A program made the translations under genes and the position numbers. Shown piece after piece: positions 50,605 through 64,000 of a stretch of 64,000 bases of DNA. The stretch spans positions 10,491,656 to 10,555,655 of the forward strand of contig CM082583.2 in the NCBI GenBank assembly GCA_040954595.2, written 5' to 3'. The stretch comes from Balanoglossus misakiensis. Lineage: Eukaryota > Animalia > Hemichordata. Under the pieces are notes generated by a model. It was not told where the DNA came from. It searched no databases and saw only the letters and a program-made list of their open reading frames with translations. Within the stretch, counting starts at the first letter, position 1, and every line of letters starts with the position of its first letter.

Positions 50605-53600
50605 GTGAGTACACACTAACTGAGTTAAAGGTTGGCAGGGGACAGTTTCAAACATTTACACGATCGGCCTGGTCGAGCTGGTCTGTTCAAGTTTGTTTAA
50701 AGCAGTGACTATATTAATTTGACTGTGTATAGAGTGTGACTGTACTAGTCAGATTGTATGTGGCCCGATACAAGCAAACAGTACAGAGGATGTTTACTTC
50801 ACTTGTTCATATCCACACGCTTATTGATTGTAATATGAACCAATACATAAATTACACCATTTCAACTACGCTGAATTCTAGGCCATGTGAATTCACGCGA
50901 GGCGGGGGTTCCCTCTATGAACTGTAACTCATGTGTGTAACTATGGATAAGGCAAGAAAGCGATCAGGTCGACAGATTGTTCAACTTCTCTTGGCAAATG
51001 TTTACATGTGCGGACGCGAAAGATTCCCGTTCGTCGAAAATCCCGGGCGAAAATCCTAACAAAACGTACGGACTGATAATCTTTTAAGATATGGAGATAT
51101 AATCCTTTAAGATAGGCGTGGGTAATCTTTAATCTTTTACCTAACTTTGAGGCCATCACAGAATTCCGTCGGCAACATCCGCTCATTCGTTTCAAAATTT
51201 TGCAGATTCTGAAGTGAAACGCTCACAAATATTTCGATTTTGGTAGGAAATTACAAATTTTGATAATATTTTGAATGAGCAAAACTCAGGCGGGTGTTGA
51301 TCTGTGGAGATGTGAGTATGGTCGTCTTCCTGACTGTTCAGAGTTGATCAAGTTGATTAACGAGGTAACAGACATCGGTCACTTCACATCGGTGTAGCCT
51401 GAGGGGGACCAGTGCACACACACTTGAAAATTACTGATTAATGACGCATGTGACGTGAGCTTTAAGAGGGGTCAGGGGTTGCTCTTCTGTTAAGGCAAAA
51501 AAAAACACTTGTAGTTGGAGTGATTTGATACGTACAGAGAGTCATGGCAGTCTTACATATGACCGACCTGTAAAGTCGTCAATCATGCAAATCAACATCA
51601 GTCCGCGAATCACCTGCGAACGAAATATCATTATTGTCTCATCATCCCTATGTTAGTGACAAATAACCTGCTGTTCTCGGGTCATTTACCCGAGGCTATC
51701 AGCCTCCTTTGGGGTTGCTACGGTTGTCTGTCCTTGCATTCGAACGGTATACCTCGTGTTTATATCCTCAGCAAAGCAACGCTATCTCGTCATGATGCAA
51801 TTCGTAGGCCTATATACACACACCGACGAATCCAGGAAATTTAATTAAAACTTTTTTTGTGATTGTGTGTATAGGAATTACACATTTCAGTGCATGCAGT
51901 AACAAAGATTCCCCCCACGAAATTCAAACACAGGAGACATTTGTTTTTTTAGGCGGAAAGAGTTTGAAGAATAAAACTATAAAACTGTCATCTTTCTAAA
52001 ATTTCACCTATTATGCCACCATAAACATGTCGCTTTATTCATCTAGTCTGCGCGGAGTTTCTCTGTCGTCAGTGTAGAGGCTCTGGGGTCTATGGGTGGA
52101 GCATGGAGGTATGGGTGGAGCTACAACATGGAACCGATCACATCTATCATTATGTACACGTTCCTGAACGCAGATGGTTTTTCGATAACAGTTCTGTTTG
52201 ACCACCTCCTTTTATTCTTGTTTAGATACCATTATAATTTGGACGAGTTGATCTTAATCTTCCAGTCAAACATCGAGATTTAAACATACGTTTTCCACGG
52301 TGCAATCAAAATGTCTCTAGTTTGGTCAAGTGTCGCGTCGCCACCTTTGCTCGTTTACTTTGACTTTGGAAGTGGCCAATATACACGGTGTTTTCATCAG
52401 ATAAAATGTGTAGTTTTACGTCACATTCGCGGTATGCTGATCATCACGATGGGACAACACCTTCCCAGCCTATTAATACGTCTTTGAACTTTGAACTTTT
52501 TTTCCATCGTGATGTTTAAAACCTATGTGTTAATGTGTACATTTTGTAACTGTGTCGGCTAGTATCATGTACTTTGTTGCTTGACTTTTATCTTAAAATG
52601 CAAAAAAAAGTTCGGAAATTTTCAAGAATGAAAGTGAACGCGCAGGAGTTAAGTGTTTAATTTATGCGCGAGTCACTCGTTCGTTGTGTGATACGTTTTG
52701 GAATTCGCGAAAAAGAAGTACTCGCAAGGAACGTTCTTTCGCCAGGAATGACTTTACCCCGACCACCCCCGTCAAATCAGTGTGTATATCGCATGGAGAA
52801 GTCCGGACAAAGGTATCTCCTAATCTGTGTTTAAAGCCAATTCGGACGTCAATGCAGAATAAATCGAATTTACATCACATCGGCAATCGTCAGATTCTTC
52901 AAATCACGTGTGAAGACACAAGGCCAATGTGATTGAACATTAGACTGTTTACCCAATATTCAAACACGTGCCTCGTCGGACGGGTTTCAGTGCACACTTT
53001 GGCCGTTTCTGTTTGTCGTGATTATAGCTTTCCTACCAACAGTGTCATTAATGTACTTTACATTAGAAAATTGGTAATTTTGAATGAAATCATGACGTTA
53101 TTTATCCGTAATAGAGAGGTAATGATTGGCTTGCTGTGATGCTATCATCTAATCTCTCGATCCGCGTTCCTTATCTGCGTCTGGATTAGAAACGCACGTC
53201 AGACCAGTATCCTCCCAAGGCCACGTCCAACGGACTATGCACGAAAGCCTAAAAAACTAGAGTGTGAGCTAGTCACTGCCACTATCCAGTTACACAACAG
53301 CGTTGCGAGTATTTTATGTGCTAGGGATGTATTCAGTAATAAGAAACCCATAATTTCTATTGCGTGTTGTACGACTTGACAGGAATTCTGTGATAAGAAA
53401 CATCGCGTGCAGTGCGATCCAGCTAACTTATTTCACATTGTACACTTACGCGTATATTTTATATATTTTAGGAATTTCGGCACCGTCGATATTTATTTAA
53501 CGCATCCCAAGAATAACAATCAATCAAATGAATAAATAAACTAACTAGCCGCGGAGACTTCGACCATGCCCTCTCGTGTCCTTGGCATTCGCCGTTTCTC

Positions 53601-54098
53601 TCAGACTGTGTTAACTTTGTACTGCCAATGGCACTAAGCTTACTGCACACAAAACTGTCGGTCACTTAATTTATAGTGGTCTATGACCTCAATAATCTAA
53701 ACGGCTATTTTGCCATTCTAGCCACGCACAGAGTAAATTCACGTCGTCACGTCCACTTTCACACAGTTACCCAGCCAATCTGAATTGTGAGAACGGTGAC
53801 TGGTGGCGAGCTGACGTCGTATTTTTGTACCCATCAGCGACCAAGTGAGGTTAATTAACGTGTTTGCTTTGAGAAACAGTAAGACATGCACAGGTTCGTC
53901 GTATCTGATATACACCACATGGCGATCACCAACCACTTGGGACCAAAAACACGTAGCTGTCAATCAAACTTTGAAGATACAAGTAGTAGCATTTGCTCCA
54001 AAGTCTGGGAATGTTCGCAATAGAAAGGAGGCCTAACATGGAGGGTTTTTAGTCTGGCGTTCTCGTCTTGGATATATTCGTTGGACACTGAGATAGGT

Positions 54099-54103
<5 letters not shown>

Positions 54104-54139
<36 letters not shown>

Positions 54140-54164
54140 GGCAGGCAGGCAGGCAGGCAGACAG
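54104..54164. repeat. Compound (GACA)n(GGCA)n microsatellite
   Basis: Tetranucleotide runs read directly. Confidence 0.95.
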
Positions 54165-57100
54165 AGGCTGATTGACTTGTATTAGCCTGAATGCCTTCAC
54201 GTCACACTCTCGGCTACCTTTCTTTGTGTTTAGTGCCTTCATGTACAATGCCCTTTATCTTCTCCGAAAGAACATGTTTTCGCCACGTTTTGTTCTTATC
54301 TTACGAAAGACCCGTCCATGGACGCTAGAATATCTGGCATTCATATGCATCATCGGTTTTGCATGTAACGACATGTTCATCGACATTTTAGCCAACATCT
54401 TCGCTTTCTGTTTCTATATATTGGCCTATGACGCTGTTCGTTAAAGAACAGTAAGTCATAAGCAATCAGATGTAGAGTTCGCCGTTTTCGCCGAAAAGTT
54501 TCGGTGACCAGAAAAGTAAAAAAGCTGTAGTTTGGCGATGGCTTGAAGGGTTACCCGTGACAATGTTGTTGTGGCATTGGACCGTACATCTGTATTCCAT
54601 TATTCACTCGTCGATATTCAGCTTGAGTGCGCAATATTACATCACGCCTTTCAGTGCGCAATTTCGTCTGTCGACTTCACAATGAACCGCTTCCATTATT
54701 CTGTAAAAATCGAGAGGTCGTCTCGTCTGGCCGAATGGTATTAGAGTTCGACTTCGCCGTTTTTCTTTGGCATCATTAACACAAGAAAGAAAGACTTTGA
54801 TTATTGGCTTAATTGCTGCCAATTTGCCTATTGTAAGTTACAAACCCCGAAGGACGAGAGTTTTATGGAAATATTGGCTCTGGCAAGAGAAAAAACATCA
54901 ACATCAACAGTTACGGAGTTAGATAAACACTGGCAGGCAACTGCCCGACACGGGAAAACACACAAAGTGCGTGACTGTGGGTATGATAACAAGCCAAGTC
55001 GGTTCTTGGTGGTCAGATAAATCTGGAGCTGGTTATAGTTGCATTTATGTCTTAATTATCTCGAGAGTCCTTGCTTGTCAGGATCAATTTAGAGTCTGGT
55101 GTGGATATGTACATTTGCGCAGGTGGTTTTCCGTTTGTGGGAATAATTGGCGACAGTAAATTATGTGTTTCTCATAACCTTTCATTCAAAGATCAGTATA
55201 GATCAGCATACATGCTAAGACCCATAGATAATGTTTATTCTAAGTGCAACCAGTAAAAAGAACGTTTCCGATAAGATAAAAGGGGATTTTTGTCACTGGG
55301 TGAAGTTTCTCAGTTACTTAATCGCCCATATGTAACCCGTTATGAGTGTTTGTGGTTTGTATGGGGGATATCACGTGCCTTGTTGCGCTATTAACTTGTT
55401 GTTACTTTTATATGTACTGGCAACTTGGCTGGAATGGTATTTTGTATTTCCATTTCGAGTTATACATGTATTAGCATATCACACCATGCTGTTGGCCAGA
55501 AATCACCTTGTGGCACTCAGCATGCCCAGTAGGGTTTCGATTCAAAAACAGTTTTCTGACAATGCTAAATACTTCTGGGGTGTATGCTGGTGCTCAAACG
55601 CTGCAATTGATCTGTGAGCAAATATTTGCCCGTGACGATCCAGTTTCTGGTCTGGAGAGCGGTTGTTTGAACGAACGGTCACCAGTGCGTGGACGGTCCA
55701 GTAATGAGCTCCCTGGACGATAATTTGAACAAGTTCACGCCCCAAGGGTGACAATCTGAACAAGCTTAGAGAGTACATATTGAAACAGCGAAACCATGCT
55801 GTTTTCTTCGTCAACTGACCGAATCTGCGGTAACATTGGCACGGTGCCTTTTGAGTGACCATGTCATAATCAGCGCAAACACGACAGAAACTCAGTTTTT
55901 CAAAGATATGTGATTTATATTAATTCTGTCGATAAATCCTGTACTTCATCCTGATTCATATCATGGACGAAACTTTCACCAACAACAAAACTCTAGAGTC
56001 ACGGTACCACACTAGGAAAGTGCGTGGTGTATACAGTAGGCCTATCTCTCCCCGAATATGTTCTGGGTGTAGCACGTGTATTGGGATGGTAAATCGGCCA
56101 TTGAAAGTAGAGGCATGTACAGTGTTGTGTGTGGGGGCAAAAAGTGATCGACCTATAGTCAGGAATTCTCTGGCATGGCCACACAATGCGACATCGGAAC
56201 TATGAGCGCATAACAATGTCAATAATCCTGTGCAGTCTATTTTCTGGCACGTTTCAGTTTCCCTCGGGGAGAGGCGAGACAAGATCCTTTTTGCAAGAAA
56301 GATCTTCAAAAATTAACCTTTTCCAGCAAGGAGACGTCCTTGCCCGAAATTCAATGCAGTTTGAATTGTTTTGAGCACAGGTTATTGTTTTCAGTATGTA
56401 TAACCAGTCCCCTCCTTACCGCCGAATATTCGTGACGTGTTATGAATTGTCAAATGTTATTTTAGCCCAGAGGCATATTTTCTGTAGTCGAAAACGGAGA
56501 AGTTAAATTTGAATTGGGTTGAATGAATCGAACCTTTTCTTTTAAATTATTCATGAATGCTTTAGGAAAATATATACCGCGTTACATCCATTAAGCACGA
56601 AATGGAAATCAAGGGGAGAGTTATTTTTATGCGACACTTGGGCGTCAGTTCTTACGTAAGAATTGTGAATATGTGTTTTTTTTTTTATAAATATACATAT
56701 CACCGCTAGTTGTTAGAGGGACTTTGGCCACTCACAACTCAAACAGCCAAGAGAGTGGTAGGCATACGGACCAACATCGTGGAGGGACTGTGATATTGCC
56801 TTGACTTGGACTGCCAAGTGATCATGGCAATAATACAGGAGATCCATAGTGTAGTCCCACCAATTTCAGACACGCTCTGCTCTATAAAGCGTTCTATCCA
56901 CTGCGCATTGAACATATGAGTCAGTCATTCGAAATACTTGGGGAACCAAGGATTGTCTTGCAAAAATGCGCCGTCCATGTAACCCGGGGAAACAGTCCCA
57001 TTATGCCAGGAGCATGAAACGCCATTGAGTAGATTGACAAAATGAAACTCGGACAAGGTCGTGAACATTTTATGGCCAAGTAGCCGCAGGATAACAATAT

Positions 57101-57470
57101 ACTCGTACATTTACAATAAAAACTTTGGACGAGGTATTTTGGATGGCTTCTACATCTGCCACTAAGTTTCGCAAAATACAAAACTCCTGTAGAATATCTG
57201 ACATATTATTAGGCGCCACGAAGTGCACTTTCGGCCATGTTGTGTTTTTAATTAAACGGCCTTTCTTTAGTTGTTATGGTTACATGACAGCGCTGACGTA
57301 AGTATGGCTGTTTAGGGTAGCAAATGTCATACGCAATATTATGCTCTAGCTCTGTGAGAATCGGATCGTTTGGCAAGAGGTGTAACCTTCTGTTGAGGTT
57401 ATTGCGATATTTTTCCGTCTAATACTATGATTTTAATATTTTAATACGACATCAAAAATCTTTGTTGCAG

Positions 57471-57610
57471 GCGTTAGACAGACATAGACGTGATGCCAGC
57501 ACGACGTCATTATGGGGTGACTGGGGTCCCTGGTCTGAGTGCAGTCGGACCTGTGGTGGCGGTATTGCGGAACAAACACGACCGTGTCTGAGAAGAAAAG
57601 TTGGCTCCAA
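57471..57610 (+). CDS. THSD4: THSD4/ADAMTSL-like exon: furin site and first half of thrombospondin type-1 repeat
   Basis: [46 protein letters not shown], carrying the [15 protein letters not shown] TSR motif. Acceptor tttgttgcAG and donor AA|GTAGGT (phase 2). Not present in the ORF track. Confidence 0.93.
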
Positions 57611-57650
57611 GTAGGTAACCATGACAACACACGCTTCACAGAGAGGGGGC

Positions 57651-57672
57651 GAGAGAGAGAGAGAGAGAGAGA
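57651..57672. repeat. (GA)11 microsatellite
   Basis: Dinucleotide run read directly. Confidence 0.9.
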
Positions 57673-58370
57673 TTAAATTGCCATAAGCTGTAAAATATAC
57701 GAAACTTTATTTTAGCGCGCTACAAAAAATTTAATTACAGTGTTACTAAGTTAAGTCTGTACATAGTTAATAAGCTTACGATGTGTGTTGGTAATGAAAT
57801 AGAGTGTGTGATTGTTGTTAATTGATGAATTAGTTCAGAAGTCATCCGTTAATGATGTTACATGCTTGGTATGTCGGATTTTCTTGCCGTGTTTACAAAA
57901 CCTTTGGCCCAGGAGTGGCGTGACCAGACTTCGTTTTTCTAAGTCTGAACTGCAACATAGATTAGTCCTATATCGAGACGACGCCACGCTGTATTCGACT
58001 CACGACATCTGCATTTGATGTATTTTAATTCTGAATGCTTCGGGCAAATTCCCCGTCTGGTGACGTACGCGGCGTTATTTTGTATCCGGTGTGTGTTTAT
58101 ACGTGACGCGAAGTGTTTGCATCTATACAGTTTACGCACTAAACTATACCCAGAATCTTACTTTGAATTGATGTGACTTCGTATAAGTGAATAAAATGAC
58201 GAAAAAAAATTATATAAGACTGCCAAACCTGTTAGAAATCGCCATATTGTGTGATACAGTAATGTGTAGGCTCTGAGTAGACTTGTATAGCATTTTCTCT
58301 ACTATTCTCACGCTCCACGTGGATTGTTTAAAGTCCGACATGATTATAATCGACTTTATATCTGTCACAG

Positions 58371-58440
58371 GTTTTTCAACGTCGGCGAGCATTGGAACTG
58401 TGTCGGACTGTTTCAGCAATACAAGTCATGCAATACAGAG
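58371..58440 (+). CDS. THSD4: THSD4/ADAMTSL-like exon: second half of TSR1
   Basis: (K)FFNVGEHWNCVGLFQQYKSCNTE. Acceptor tctgtcacAG, donor GAG|GTGAGC, phases 2 and 0 consistent with neighbours. Confidence 0.9.
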
Positions 58441-58567
58441 GTGAGCGTAATTATTGAATTTTTAAGGTTACCATGGAAAGTTGAAGTACCGGTTTGTGTA
58501 AGTTACTGTGCTCAAAAGACAAACATTCTACCTAACTAAAATCAGTGACTCTTCTTTTCCCCACCAG

Positions 58568-58670
58568 AAATGCCCGGATTCGAGCAGTGATTTTCGGCAA
58601 CTCCAATGCGAAGAATACAATGACAAACCTTTTATGGGAAAGCTGTATCAATGGGAACCTTTTCTGAAAG
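58568..58670 (+). CDS. THSD4: THSD4/ADAMTSL-like exon: start of ADAMTS cysteine-rich module
   Basis: KCPDSSSDFRQLQCEEYNDKPFMGKLYQWEPFLK resembles the THSD4 segment recalled as YNNKPFMGRFYEWEPF. Acceptor ttttccccaccAG, donor AAG|GTAAGA (phase 1). Confidence 0.93.
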
Positions 58671-59901
58671 GTAAGAAAGTCAGGGGTTAAGATATAAAAT
58701 ATACATTTTGCGGTTCAGTTCACCGCTTGGCAACTCCTTAAGTAGATTTCTTGCAAAAAGGAGTCCCATTACCACTAAAGAAAGGGTTGTCACGGAAATA
58801 TTTACGGTTGCAATAAACAGTAGCTGAGGACCGGGCGGCGCCAACATCTACTCGGGATCTCCGGGGTACTTTTGGAGTTCCCAAATGGTGCTTCGGGCGT
58901 TGAACTTTGCAAATAATAACCAACAAACGTCTTTGTGAGACAGGATCTGTGGTCTGTTTTACATATACTTGCGACATCGGTGAACAAATACAGGAAAAGG
59001 TGGATGACATAAACTCTCTGTTCCACACAAAGAAATAAACCTTCACCGGAAAGCTAATTGTCATGGTGACTGAAAGTTTCAGCAAGGAGGCCAATCGGAT
59101 CAGTATTAGTCATCCTTCAGCTTTTGCATTTTGTTTTCCATGGTTGGTTGGATGATTTATGATCTTCATGATCACTGCTCAGTGTTTTCTTGTCACATCT
59201 GTCTGAAACCAGGATGACGCTTCTACAATAAAGTACAATTACTGAATTAGCCTGTCTAGATCGTGACCTAGGTCAGTGAATAGTACCCACAATGCAATGT
59301 AGTATAAGAACTTTGATATGCCGAAAGACTTTCAGAACTGGTTGGTCAGTGGTTGGCAGTGTTTTTGTCTTTTTTGCGGTTTGTCTGCAGTATTGCCTGA
59401 AACTCTGTGACATGTTGGTGTAATACAATGTCGCAGATTCTAGACAACATATCTGAAAGTGGAAGATTTGTTTTTAATTACGATAATGATCAAGATGACC
59501 GCGTTGTCGGGCCAACCAGTTCTCAGAGTCGAACTCATTCAGGGACGTCCCTGATCGGACGTTCTCGATTTATGTGCGATGCCCGGTCCGAGCCTCGTCA
59601 TCTTCACCTCACTCTCATCATGCAATACATCGTTCATTTGAGGACATGTGCAGAAAGCTTTCGTTCAATTCTTACGATTAATGATAGTTCATTGATCGCA
59701 CTATCTTTGAAGATCGCTGCTTCGCTTGAAATGAACATGATGTGGAAGTGATGCGCTCATTTGCATAGTGGGTGTCGATTACCCGAAAGTATTCATACTT
59801 CCCAACAATCGACGAAGATGCACATTTAAAATGTGCGATTTTAATGATTTTCTTATAGAGGAAAATGTACGACCATACAAATCGTACACAGTTTTAGTGT
59901 G

Positions 59902-59945
59902 TTAGGGGTGGACCAATTGATATCCTGGGGGGGGGGGAGATCTGG
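59902..59945 (+). mobile_element. Possible solo MITE terminus; similar 23-mer at 1708-1730
   Basis: TTAGGGGTGGACCAATTGATATC(CTG11) versus TTAGGGGTAACCCATTTAATATT, 17/23 identical, each followed by a purine/G-rich tract. Confidence 0.25.
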
Positions 59946-61969
59946 TTAATGTAAAGTTGGTCATGTTACAAAGCAGCTGTCATGCCTCAGTCCAGTGTTA
60001 AATGAAGACGTAATTTGTAATAGCATCATGCAGTACATTAGAAACCAGATTGGAAAGCTAGGCTTATTAGTTGTCATGAGATACATCTTCTTTGAACCAG
60101 CTGTTGTGCACCTGTTTAACTTTAAGTCTGACCACACCAAGAGACATAAACTGTTTCACAAATAATTTGATCAATCATAGTGACGACTTTGCATGTCAGC
60201 CAATGATCAGGTAACACAGGGTGCAAGAGTGATGTGCAGTCCATCAGTGGATGTAATGGACTGTCTGTCTGGTTTAAGGAGACTCCAGGGAAAGTCAGAT
60301 TGTTGTCTGTGAGCAGTTACTAATTATATCACTCATAAATCACTAGAGACCATTTAATTATTACATGTACGTGTAGAGATGTGCCTAACGATTTCAGTTG
60401 AAATTCTTGAAGTAACAGTTCTGGCGCTGTCCCAAAGAGGAAGGGTATATTTAATAGACATGTTTGTCAGGGGTCAGAATTTACCAATCATCTTTGGAAC
60501 TTTAATGTGTTATCTTTGGAAGACATTGTCATTTTTAAGATGCCTTATTCAGAGAGTACATGGTTTGTATGGTGTTGTCTTGTGGTTCATGGTCTTATAG
60601 TTAATTTTTTTAGTAACACTTCAGGTCAAAGATGAAAAGTGTTCGAAATATTTGTTGAGATATGTTTGGTCAAATATGTACTTGAACAAAGTATGATTGA
60701 CAGCTGTGACGTTCATGGTCCATGCTCTATGAACTGGAAAATAATTGCTATGAATCATCAACCAACAATGTGGTTGTGTCTAATACTGGTCATGTGATTT
60801 CTGCGGGAAAGATGACGCAGGAAAGAGGCAATCAATATATGAAACTCCGGAATCCATATTCATTACAGGTTGAATACCAAATAGTCTTTCATATTAAAAA
60901 ACATTCTCAAAAGTTCAACCTGTAAAACTTCAACATTGGTGACTACAGTCTGAAGTAGATGATAGTTTGAAGTTGATCCAGACTACATTGACACCAGGAC
61001 CAAGCAAGGTTTCTCACCACAATCAATTATAATAATGGAAATACCAACCATTCTGTCAATTCAAGTGTACACCATGTGATGACTCTGTACTCTTTCATAA
61101 AACAATTCATGTACTATCATGTACATTGCCAGCTTATTCACCTCTGTAATAAAATATGCATAGTATTTTAATCTTCCCGAAGGTAAATACTTTTCCAATT
61201 GTTGTCGGATGGAAAAGCACATAACCTGTTTTGTTACACTTCTACTGTGCATTTCAAACTTAGCCAGAATGGAACCCATTCAGTAACATCAACATGTAAA
61301 ATTTCAGCAATTAGAAAGCTTTATATTTTAATTGCCCTATAATTAGATCATTGTTTTTTAACAAATAATTGCAATCAATGATAATGCCACCTGCCGATAC
61401 TACACTCCAGTAGATTTAATCCTGACATATCTGCAGTGGCACTGTGCTTGGCTATTCACAGGGCACTCTGACCCAAATGGTTGAACTAGACAGCTTTCAG
61501 CAAATGTGAATACTGTGTTCAGGCTTTGTCAAACAATAGAGATGGCTTTTAGGCTCCGATCTGATAACTTTGTGTATTGTTAGAGATAAAGTGTACATTT
61601 TCTGATCAGTGGAGTATACACTTACAGGCAGTATGTATTGACACTGATGCAGATGGTTCCCCTTAAAGAAAGAGGTTTTGTTCATTGTCCATGAAAAAGT
61701 TAGGTTGGAAATCAATAGACAAAACACTTCAGGTACGCTGAGATGGGTTGTCTGTGTTGATAGAGGGCGCCATTTCGTCGAGATGTACGTGTGGTACGTA
61801 ACGAATAATGTAAACTTGGTTTATTGTGTGATATTTCTGTCATATTTGTTTGTCCAATAGACACTCAAGATGAACTTTTTTCTGGAATGTGTTTACATAA
61901 AGCACTTATATGACTTTTTTATAGAATATATACCAACACCAAAAATTCTCGTTCCGTTCATTGTTTCAG

Positions 61970-62100
61970 CTCCGAACCCGTGTGCACTGAATTGCCGAGC
62001 CAAAGGATACCGTTTCTACGCCAAACAAGCAGATAAAGTGGTAGATGGCACGCCCTGCGAACCAGGATCAGATGACATTTGCGTTAATGGACAGTGTAAG
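61970..62100 (+). CDS. THSD4: THSD4/ADAMTSL-like exon: cysteine-rich module continued; gene runs beyond window
   Basis: (A)PNPCALNCRAKGYRFYAKQADKVVDGTPCEPGSDDICVNGQCK, with the hallmark C.LNC...VVDGTPC...CVNGQC. Acceptor ttgtttcAG, donor AAG|GTAATT. Confidence 0.95.
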
Positions 62101-64000
62101 GTAATTACAAGCAAGTAGCAAACCAAATACACCATCTATATCATGCATATCGATTCCCATCCAAATCTTGCCTATTGACATGTTAGGAAGTACATGTATA
62201 TATATATATACAGACACGCATTGACGGCAGTCTTTTATTTAGTCTGTGGAATTTGTGGAGTTTGCACATTTTGGCAAAACACACCACAACTACCCATTAT
62301 TGATGACAGCATGTACAAGTTAAGTCATTTCAAATTCCTCAAATAACTTACATTTCCCTTAAAATTGTTTAGAAGGGAGTACAATACCCTTTTAAACACT
62401 GGTACTGTTTTTTATATACATGTGCAGCCAAATGTCTTGAAAAAGTACTTTTCCACGTCACTAAGGGTGTGTCAGATTAATTTATCTTTCATTGGTTTAC
62501 ACTGCAGTACGTCTCACACCAAATATTAGGATTGTACCATAGATGGGTACGTGTGCACAAGAAGTGTGTAGTGAATGCTGTTAATTTTGTGGAATTTAAA
62601 ACCTGCAGGGTGGTCGTGGAACATTATCAATGCATGCAAAGAGTGTGCAGCCAAAGATTAGGCAGCTCACTGTCTTTTTTACAAACTGGGTGGTTCAGAT
62701 TAAGTGGACCAGGCACAAAAGTGATGCAAGGTGCTGAAATACTCCTATTGTGTTGTTGTCTATTCTGAAGAATAGAGGACTTCACACCCCTACTGTGCAG
62801 ACATCAGTAGAATGTGATTGTGTTTGTATGAAGAAGCTGTACTTTAGAGACACTGGTACAGTGGTAGGGAGGGTGGCCATAAAATGTACATGCACAAATT
62901 CAATCATCTTCAGCTGGCACTGGTAGCAAAATACTGTTTTGCAAATGTCCAAATTGCTACTCACTTCTAGACCCCAAAACTGGAACAAATTGGACCGGTA
63001 TAGTCGCACGAGCAGTTCATCTAAATAGAGTACTTCTTCGATGGGAGAATACCATATAGATGTGGTATCATGGGGAGATGAGCTCTGAACTCTAGTTTTG
63101 TTTGTCTTGGTGAAAAGCTGGATATAACTGCTCTTTGGGGGAGGGGCTGTGATATCAGCAAATACCTCCACAGCATTGTCAATTATGCAAATGTCATTTT
63201 AATGGCTTAAATCCCTGATAGGCCAAGATGTATGTTTTATATCCTATCCCAAGTCACAGTATTGTTTATCTTAAAATGCAGGTTTGTGTGTATGTAAAAC
63301 ACTGTATTGTTTTGCTATCACAATTTGAAGCAAAAGCTTTCAAAGACAAGATTAACCCTGATGGAGGTGTGGATTGGATGACATAACAGTGATTTCTTAT
63401 CAATTTATATACACAGTTTAAGAAAAAAAATGTAGCGTGTTACGCAACCAGCATCTTCATGGCATGCCGAATTGATTTTTGAAAGGATTGAAGAAAAAAG
63501 TTACAAATTATAGGCAAATCAAAATTTTTATGTCGAATTTCAGTATGTGATTTGTTCTGTTGCTGTACAAATGGACTACTTCACACTGAGAACACTGAAA
63601 TTGAAACAAAATATGTTCGGACTACATAATGTGTATTTGTCTGGCCATATTAATTCAGGACTCATAATTTACAATATGTGTCTAGTCTTTTGATAGAAAC
63701 TGCCTTGGATCTGCCTAATCACAGAGGAAACATACAAAAGTCTGCACAGGAAATTAGATAATAGTTCGGAAGACAGTTCTTGTTTTGGGCATGCATTGAT
63801 ACAGGAAGCTGCATACGTTGTCATCACTCTTCAGAGTAAATTAATTTCCATTTAATAGGAAACCGGTACTTTTGTCCAGATATGGAAGAAGTTTGTCTTT
63901 ACGTTGAGGGGGAAACGTGTATAGTTACAGCCACGTTTATTGGGTATAGTTATATAATTATTGTACTGAATCGAAAGACACAATAGATGCCATGTTAGTG

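Noticed and set aside
1-64000. tRNA, rRNA, CRISPR arrays, intact transposase or reverse transcriptase
   Set aside because: None seen. The DNA is eukaryotic, with no regularly spaced repeat-spacer array and no long TE ORF.

Overview
Eukaryotic (animal) genomic DNA, AT-rich and mostly intronic or intergenic. Gene content and repeat style suggest a marine invertebrate, possibly a deuterostome such as a hemichordate or echinoderm (inference only). Three protein-coding genes are well supported. Two are convergent, tail-to-tail rhodopsin-family peptide GPCR paralogues of the somatostatin/allatostatin-C/MCH receptor group (+ 25731-27030; - 32440-31334). The third is the 5' part of a multi-exon THSD4/ADAMTSL6(ADAMTSL4)-type extracellular-matrix gene on the + strand, with five coding exons from 50529 to 62100, continuing past the window end. 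Most interesting points: (1) GPCR1 has a hidden, probably GC-AG, intron whose splicing gives a PDZ-ligand tail (ESTV*). (2) GPCR2 keeps the ligand-binding Asp but has several altered activation and sodium-pocket motifs, plus a 30-codon uORF overlapping its start (AUGA). (3) Two tiny (17 and 32 bp) palindromic insertions have exact 7-bp GT-N3-AC target duplications. (4) CpG density drops abruptly at about 59.9 kb. Nearly all other ORFs in the track look spurious. I found no tRNA, rRNA, CRISPR array or intact transposase/RT.
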